From NCBI GenBank assembly GCA_047150005.1, contig AP038806.1:1792001-1856000 (forward strand): a stretch of 64,000 nt of DNA. The letters are read 5' to 3'. This document shows positions 59,074 to 64,000 of this stretch, in pieces (position 1 is the first letter of the stretch; each line of letters starts with the position of its first letter). The DNA is from Nitrospira sp. (GTDB lineage: Bacteria > Nitrospirota > Nitrospiria > Nitrospirales > Nitrospiraceae). Both the position numbers and the translations under genes were made by a program. The notes under the pieces were generated by a model. It did not search any database. It was not told where the DNA came from and worked only from the letters and a program-made list of their open reading frames with translations.

Positions 59074-59369
59074 AAATAGAGATCCTGGATGAAGCCCAGG
59101 AGGATCTGATTCACGGCTTCAAGTTCTACGAAAGCCGGGAACCAGGGCTTGGATCGTATTTCATAGACTGCCTCTTCTCGGATATCGAGTCTCTTCTCAT
59201 CTACGCAGGGGTTCATCAGATCGTATTTGCGTATCATCGATGCCTCTCCAAGCGGTTTCCGTTTGCCATCTACTACAGTGTCGAAGAGCAACTGGTGCGT
59301 ATACACGCCGTGCTCGATTGCCGCAAGAATCCATCGTGGGTCAGGACGCGATTGAAAGAAGGGAACTGA
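59070..59369 (+). CDS. RelE/ParE family toxin
   Basis: EAQEDL..FYE..GLG..F; RFPFAIYY; IHAVLDCRKNP. Confidence 0.88.
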   Translation: MKIEILDEAQEDLIHGFKFYESREPGLGSYFIDCLFSDIESLLIYAGVHQIVFAYHRCLSKRFPFAIYYSVEEQLVRIHAVLDCRKNPSWVRTRLKEGN

Positions 59370-59609
59370 TCGGCGCGGCGCATTCCTGCTCCGGTGCGTT
59401 CTCAGGTGCTCGCGGGGATAGCCTGCTGGCTGATAGCCGGATGGGCTACACGATTCGCAGTCTATCCTGACCGGCTGAGCGGGATGAAATATTGAACAAG
59501 TGTTGGATGTTCAAGTAGAGTTGCCTCTTCTCGGACTACTTGGGCAGCGGTGCTCTGCTGCGCGGGTGGCCTGCACCGGGCTTAGTGGTTGGGCCGACTA
59601 AAGGAAGAT

Positions 59610-60491
59610 ATGCCTCCGAAGAAGACCACGAAGGTCGCCTCGCAATTCGCACGCTACCTTGAACCCGTCATTGCCGCAGTCCGGGAACTGGGTGGATCAG
59701 GACGGCCGGACGAGGTACGGGCTGTCATCGCTCGTCGCCTGAAGATCTCAGAGGCAGAGCAGTCAGAACCACTGCCATCCGGGGTTCAAACTCGATTCGA
59801 AAACCAAGTACACTGGGCAAGGTTCTATCTTGCCAAGGCCGGGTATATCGATTCATCGCAACGCGGTGTTTGGACTCTTACCGAGAAAGGCAGACAGCTC
59901 GGTGAGGTAAGTGATGCGGATGTTGCGTCGATCGTTCGCGAGGTAAACGTACAGACGAAGGATGCAGTCATCGATGACGTTGATGCAGCGCCCAGTCCAA
60001 CGGGAGCCGTACCGGCTACTGGAAACTACCGCGAGGAACTGGCTCAAACACTCCAAAATCTCCCGGCCTCTGGGTTTGAGCGATTCTGTCAGCGCCTCCT
60101 GAGGGAATCCGGCTTTCAGGAAGTGACCATCACTGGACGTTCTGGCGATGGGGGTATCGATGGCATTGGAATCCTCCAAGTTAACCCACTCGTGAGCTTC
60201 AAGGTCTTGTTCCAGTGCAAGAAGTACACTGGCTCAGTGTCCCCAAGCCAGGTTCGAGACTTTCGCGGCGCTATGACGGGGCGCGCCGACAAGGGCATCA
60301 TCATCACTACGGGTTCGTTTACCTCAGAAGCACGCAAGGAGGCTGTTCGAGACGGCGCTCCTCCAATCGAACTGGTTGATGGCGAAAAACTGGCGGGAAT
60401 GCTCGAAGAACTCCAGCTCGGCCTGAGGCCGAAGCAGACGTACGAACTTGATGCATCGTTCTTCAGCCAGTTCGCAAAGGAAGTGGTCTAA
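59610..60491 (+). CDS. mrr: Mrr-family type IV restriction endonuclease
   Basis: Mrr_N winged helix (LGGSG..NQVHWARFYL..G.W.LTEKG) plus Mrr_cat (FERFC..SGDGGIDG..QCKKY..ITTGSFT..LVDGEKL). Confidence 0.9.
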   Translation: MPPKKTTKVASQFARYLEPVIAAVRELGGSGRPDEVRAVIARRLKISEAEQSEPLPSGVQTRFENQVHWARFYLAKAGYIDSSQRGVWTLTEKGRQLGEVSDADVASIVREVNVQTKDAVIDDVDAAPSPTGAVPATGNYREELAQTLQNLPASGFERFCQRLLRESGFQEVTITGRSGDGGIDGIGILQVNPLVSFKVLFQCKKYTGSVSPSQVRDFRGAMTGRADKGIIITTGSFTSEARKEAVRDGAPPIELVDGEKLAGMLEELQLGLRPKQTYELDASFFSQFAKEVV

Positions 60492-60558
60492 CCTCGATTG
60501 CAGCTGACTGTGGCGGGCGCGACAATAGTCTCGGCGGAGCTGAAGCGGGTCGTTCGAT
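60486..60558 (+). mobile_element. Integron attC-like recombination site
   Basis: R'' GTCTAAC containing the mrr stop; L'' ATTGCAGC with an extra G relative to L' GCTGAAG; 6-nt spacer; R' GTTCGAT. Confidence 0.65.
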
Positions 60559-60742
60559 CTGTAGGCCGCTCCATAAGTGGGATATGGAGCGGAATTTGAG
60601 ATACCCGACTGCGTAGACTTTCCCGAACCGAGTGATCGCATGCCTGGGAGCTGTAAGGCGCTCTCAATATCGAAGGTGCTGCAGAGATCCACTCGTTACC
60701 TGCCTGGAAATCGTCACAGATAAAGGACGTTATATAGGCCCC

Positions 60743-61153
60743 ATGTTACACATTTCATCACACGTCATCCTCCCCGACTCCGAGATCGAAATCCATGCGA
60801 TTCGGTCGCAAGGAGCGGGAGGGCAGCATGTCAACAAGGTGTCGTCGGCCATACATCTGAGGTTCGACGTTGCCGCGTCGTCGCTGCCGCCGTTCTATAA
60901 AGCAGAACTGCGGAAATTGCGGGATGGCCGAATTTCAGACGAGGGCGTGATCACGATCAAAGCTCAGCAGTTTCGGAGTCAGGAGCAGAATCGCGAAGAA
61001 GCGTTGAACCGCTTGCGCGCGCTCATTCAAAGCGTGGCGATCCCGCGCAAGAAACGCAGACCTACCAAGCCTACCAAGAGTTCGCAGAATAGAAGACTGG
61101 AGAGTAAGAAGAAGGCTGGACGATTGAAAGCTCTTAGACGAGCGCTAGAATAA
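60743..61153 (+). CDS. arfB: Alternative ribosome-rescue peptidyl-tRNA hydrolase
   Basis: RSQGAGGQHVNK, RSQEQNR, basic tail RRPTKPT. Confidence 0.93.
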   Translation: MLHISSHVILPDSEIEIHAIRSQGAGGQHVNKVSSAIHLRFDVAASSLPPFYKAELRKLRDGRISDEGVITIKAQQFRSQEQNREEALNRLRALIQSVAIPRKKRRPTKPTKSSQNRRLESKKKAGRLKALRRALE

Positions 61154-61184
61154 CCTCCTTCTCCTCGCTTACCAGCGCACGGCC

Positions 61185-61964
61185 TTACTCCATGGAAACG
61201 AGCGAGCCCAGGATGTGATAGCCGCCGTCCACGTAGATCACCTCTCCAGTAATTCCCCGGCCCAATGAGCTGATGAGGAAGAGCGCCGTATCGCCCACTT
61301 CCCCCTGCTCGGTTGCGTGACGGAGCGGAGCAAACTCCTTGTGGTGATCGACCATTTTGCTGATGCCGGAGACGCCACGGGCGGCAAGGGTTTTGATCGG
61401 GCCGGCGGAGATGGCATTGACCCGAATGTTTTTGGGACCCAGGTCGTGCGCGAGGTAGCGAACCGTCGATTCCAGCGCGGCCTTGGCGACGCCCATCACG
61501 TTGTAATGCTGAACCACCCGTTCGGCGCCGAGATAGGTGAGGGTGACGATCGAGCCGCCGTTGGTCATCAGCGGCAAAGCCGCTCTCGTCACGGCCACGA
61601 GGGAGTAGGCGCTGACATCCAGAGCGGTGGCGAATCCCTGTCGCGTCGTGTTGACGAAGGCACCGGTCAGTTCTTCCCGGGGAGCGAAGGCGACGGAGTG
61701 GACAAGAAAGTCGAGCGTGCCGACTTCTTTTTGCACCTCCTGCATGAGAGCGGAGATCTGCGCATCGTCGCCGACGTCACAGGGAAAGGCTTTGGCGCCG
61801 GGCATGGTGGCGACCAATTCCGCGACGTTTTCTTTGAGACGCTCATTTTGATAGTTGAACATGAGCCGCGCTCCCTGGCCTGCGGCTGACTGGGCGATCG
61901 CCCAGGCGATACTGTGTTTGTTGGCGACGCCGACGACCAATCCTTTTTTCCCCTCTAATAGCAT
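61185..61964 (-). CDS. fabI: Enoyl-ACP reductase
   Basis: GVANKHSIAW, HSVAFAP, YNVMGVAK, ISAGPIKTLA. Confidence 0.96.
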   Translation of the reverse strand: MLLEGKKGLVVGVANKHSIAWAIAQSAAGQGARLMFNYQNERLKENVAELVATMPGAKAFPCDVGDDAQISALMQEVQKEVGTLDFLVHSVAFAPREELTGAFVNTTRQGFATALDVSAYSLVAVTRAALPLMTNGGSIVTLTYLGAERVVQHYNVMGVAKAALESTVRYLAHDLGPKNIRVNAISAGPIKTLAARGVSGISKMVDHHKEFAPLRHATEQGEVGDTALFLISSLGRGITGEVIYVDGGYHILGSLVSME

Positions 61965-61996
61965 GAGATCTAGTCTCCTGGCTCAGTGCCTAAACA

Positions 61997-62070
61997 GGTG
62001 AAGCGGATCGCGTGAAGCGGGAGCAACGAGCGGGATACGAACGACGCTTCACGAGCGACGAGATACTGAA
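61997..62070. repeat. Heptamer-type inverted repeat array (GTGAAGC/GCTTCAC, CGAGATA family)
   Basis: GTGAAGCG twice, then CGAGCGG GATACGA ACGACGC TTCACGA GCGACGA GATAC. Confidence 0.55.
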
Positions 62071-62131
62071 TCTGCTGGGCCGGAACATAGCATGATGAGA
62101 CGAGATCTTCCAGGCTGGGGCGGGGTCGAGA

Positions 62132-62773
62132 CTAGTTGCTCTTATTGGCGACGGCGTGGAGTTGGGCGACGACTCGTTTCGCTTCCGGGATAAAATCGTC
62201 GCGATGCTGCGCTTCGGCAAGCACGAGGGCTTCCGCAGCAAGGACAACGGCTTCGTTGTGGCGGCCTCGGGCACAGTAGCTTTTCGCAAGGCTCAAACGG
62301 GCATTGACCGCCTGAGGTTCACTCGCGATTACTCGGCGAAGCAACTGCTCCCCCGTATCAGGATTGCCGCCCAGCATGACGGGGAGTCTCACGAGAAAGG
62401 TGCCTCTCGCGGAGAGGGCGTCCAGATGATCGGGCTCGAGTTCGAGAGTGCGGTCCAATTCTTTCATCATGCGGCGAAAACCCATCACGGAGCCAAGGCT
62501 CATTTCCCCGTCCAGACGCATCAACTCCCCGAGGTTGCAAAAGAGAGCAAAATGGGCGTCAGGGGATCTGTCGTCGAGGGAAATGGCCTGCTCTCCCAAG
62601 CGCTGGCCCCTTTCGAAATGAGCCAGGCGTGATCCCCGCTCCTGCGCCAGTCGGCCCAGTTGGCATTCGTCCATCGATTCATTGATGAGCGTACGCAATG
62701 TCGGCTGGGCCTGCGCGGGCTCAACCGACCATGGACTGAGGGCAAGAAGAATCAGCAGGTAGGGAACGATCAT
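62132..62773 (-). CDS. Exported TPR-like helical protein
   Basis: Signal peptide ending AQA; TLELEPDH, LPVMLGG, ARLSLAKSY TPR-like helices. Confidence 0.75.
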   Translation of the reverse strand: MIVPYLLILLALSPWSVEPAQAQPTLRTLINESMDECQLGRLAQERGSRLAHFERGQRLGEQAISLDDRSPDAHFALFCNLGELMRLDGEMSLGSVMGFRRMMKELDRTLELEPDHLDALSARGTFLVRLPVMLGGNPDTGEQLLRRVIASEPQAVNARLSLAKSYCARGRHNEAVVLAAEALVLAEAQHRDDFIPEAKRVVAQLHAVANKSN

Positions 62774-62897
62774 GAGCCGCTCACTGGAAGGAGCGAACGT
62801 GAACTATACACGAAAGCAGCAGCGGTGCCAAGGGAAATTGACCAGCCAAGATGAGGGACAGAGGAAAGTCGGCCGAGGTCTTCCCACAAGCGACCGA

Positions 62898-63443
62898 TTA
62901 CGAGCCCGCCGCCCGATGTAGTGCGCGGAATGTCTTGAGCATGGTCCGATAGGGGTAGTGCGCGTTTCTGCCGCTGGGATTCGGCAAGACAAAGACGGAG
63001 GCATCGGCCAGCGTTGTTGTCTGTTTCCCCAGATCGACCGGCTGCCCGGAGGGAAGGAGAAAGATATGCCGGTAGGGAGTGATGCCGAGGATCGCGACGA
63101 CACTGGGCCGATTCCGGCTGATCAGCCGGAGCAGGCGTGCAGTGCCGCGCTCGTAGTCCCGGGTGGTCAACGAGTCGATGCCGGCGGTCGCGCGCGCCAC
63201 GATGTTGGTCAAGCCAAGGCCCCATTCAAGCAAGCGAAAATCCTGAGCTGGCCCCAGCGGCTCTCCGACCAGTCGCGAGTCGAAGAGGAGTTTCCAGAAC
63301 CTGTTCGAATAGCCTGCGAAGTGGTGGCCGGTGGCGGCGGACCTGAGGCCGGGGTTAATCCCCACAAACAAAATCCGCAGCCCCGGTCGAATATAATCCG
63401 GCAGGATGAGCCTGGTTCGAGGCAAGGGAACTCCCCTGTCCAT
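62898..63443 (-). CDS. mug: G/U mismatch-specific DNA glycosylase (UDG family 2)
   Basis: FVGINPG, HHFAGYSNRFW, GLTNIV, LPNPSG. Confidence 0.92.
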   Translation of the reverse strand: MDRGVPLPRTRLILPDYIRPGLRILFVGINPGLRSAATGHHFAGYSNRFWKLLFDSRLVGEPLGPAQDFRLLEWGLGLTNIVARATAGIDSLTTRDYERGTARLLRLISRNRPSVVAILGITPYRHIFLLPSGQPVDLGKQTTTLADASVFVLPNPSGRNAHYPYRTMLKTFRALHRAAGS

Positions 63444-63574
63444 GAGGGTTGCTGAGGCGGTTTAGCAGGACTCCGCTATTCTGCCACAGGGTGACGAGGG
63501 AAATGGCCTTAAAAGCGAGGGGGGAGCGGTCATCTAACCGAAGGAAATCTCAGCGTTATGGTATCAAGCCCTAC

Positions 63575-63591
63575 CCGGCACCAAGCTTGCT
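63575..63591 (+). promoter_or_regulatory. Putative sigma54 (-24/-12) promoter
   Basis: CCGGCACCAAGCTTGCT: GG-N10-GC with GGCAC and TTGCT. Confidence 0.6.
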
Positions 63592-63656
63592 GATCTCCTA
63601 AAGCGTGCCGATTGTGCGGCACATCATTCAACCAACCTTAGCGGAGGTGAGTACCT

Positions 63657-63884
63657 ATGAAGCGCATGTTGATGGCAGTCATGGCGGTGGCGGTGGCGAT
63701 CTCCTTCAGCGCACCGTCTTTCGCGGGCGACGAGAAGAAGGACAAGAAGGACGAGAAGAAGGGCGGCCACGTCCTCGTGTACGGTGATGAGAAGAAGGAT
63801 AAGAAGGACGAGAAGAAGGGTGGCCACATGGACACCTTCGGTGACAAGAAGGAAGAGAAGAAGGAAGACAAGAAGGGTCACTAA
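63657..63884 (+). CDS. Small secreted Lys/Asp/Glu-rich repeat protein
   Basis: GGAGG RBS; signal peptide ending SFA; three GD(E/K)KK...KG(G)H repeats. Confidence 0.8.
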   Translation: MKRMLMAVMAVAVAISFSAPSFAGDEKKDKKDEKKGGHVLVYGDEKKDKKDEKKGGHMDTFGDKKEEKKEDKKGH

Positions 63885-63912
63885 TCGGTTTGTGGCGAGG
63901 CTCGCTGGCTTG

Positions 63913-63942
63913 AGGAGCCTTCCGTATGTGCGGGAGGCTCCT
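63913..63942 (+). terminator. Stem-loop after the repeat-peptide gene
   Basis: AGGAGCCTTCCG...CGGGAGGCTCCT hairpin. Confidence 0.5.
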
Positions 63943-64000
63943 TGGCATTTCTAGCGGGAGCCGCTTAAGAACACGAGCTGACAGCCGACCATCGTTTTGG

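Noticed and set aside
60620..61160. arfB as a further integron cassette (GTTATAT before the start, GAATAAC at the stop)
   Set aside because: No L boxes or hairpin follow the stop; the match is too weak
63722..63884. Direct repeats as a CRISPR array
   Set aside because: In-frame coding repeats with 12-nt variable parts; no cas genes; no CRISPR array seen anywhere in the window

Overview
GC-rich bacterial chromosomal window, mostly core genes. Gene content and intergenic repeat styles suggest Nitrospira/Nitrospirota (inference, not verified). Left to right: a complex I-like operon nuoA-B-C-D-G-I-J-K (minus strand, runs off the left edge) with no nuoE, nuoF or nuoH at their usual positions; an OmpA/MotB-domain protein; priA with degenerate helicase motifs; tRNA-Leu; HAD-queE-pepA-nagZ; a tandem desulforedoxin-like Cys protein; APC permease and PuuD-like hydrolase; an extended TatA; two PilZ paralogs; tig-clpP-clpX; tRNA-Leu; an envelope cluster (orphan ABC binding protein, OmpA-like, mscL, DUF481-like barrel, mscS); tRNA-Ser, ffs, dnaX-ybaB-recR, dksA; tRNA-Val; trmFO-xerC-argB; rimO; degP with an OmpR-family two-component pair; gcvP followed by a Tat-exported PvdN-like PLP enzyme; a small accessory block (toxin-antitoxin pair plus Mrr nuclease) with integron attC-like sites but no integrase; arfB, fabI, mug and a secreted repeat peptide behind a sigma54-type promoter. 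Best leads: the decayed attC/CALIN-like defence cassette array, the probable ATPase-dead PriA, the PvdN-like enzyme without a pyoverdine cluster, the E/F/H-less complex I, and many apparently leaderless genes. All assignments come from motif recognition by eye; no searches were run.
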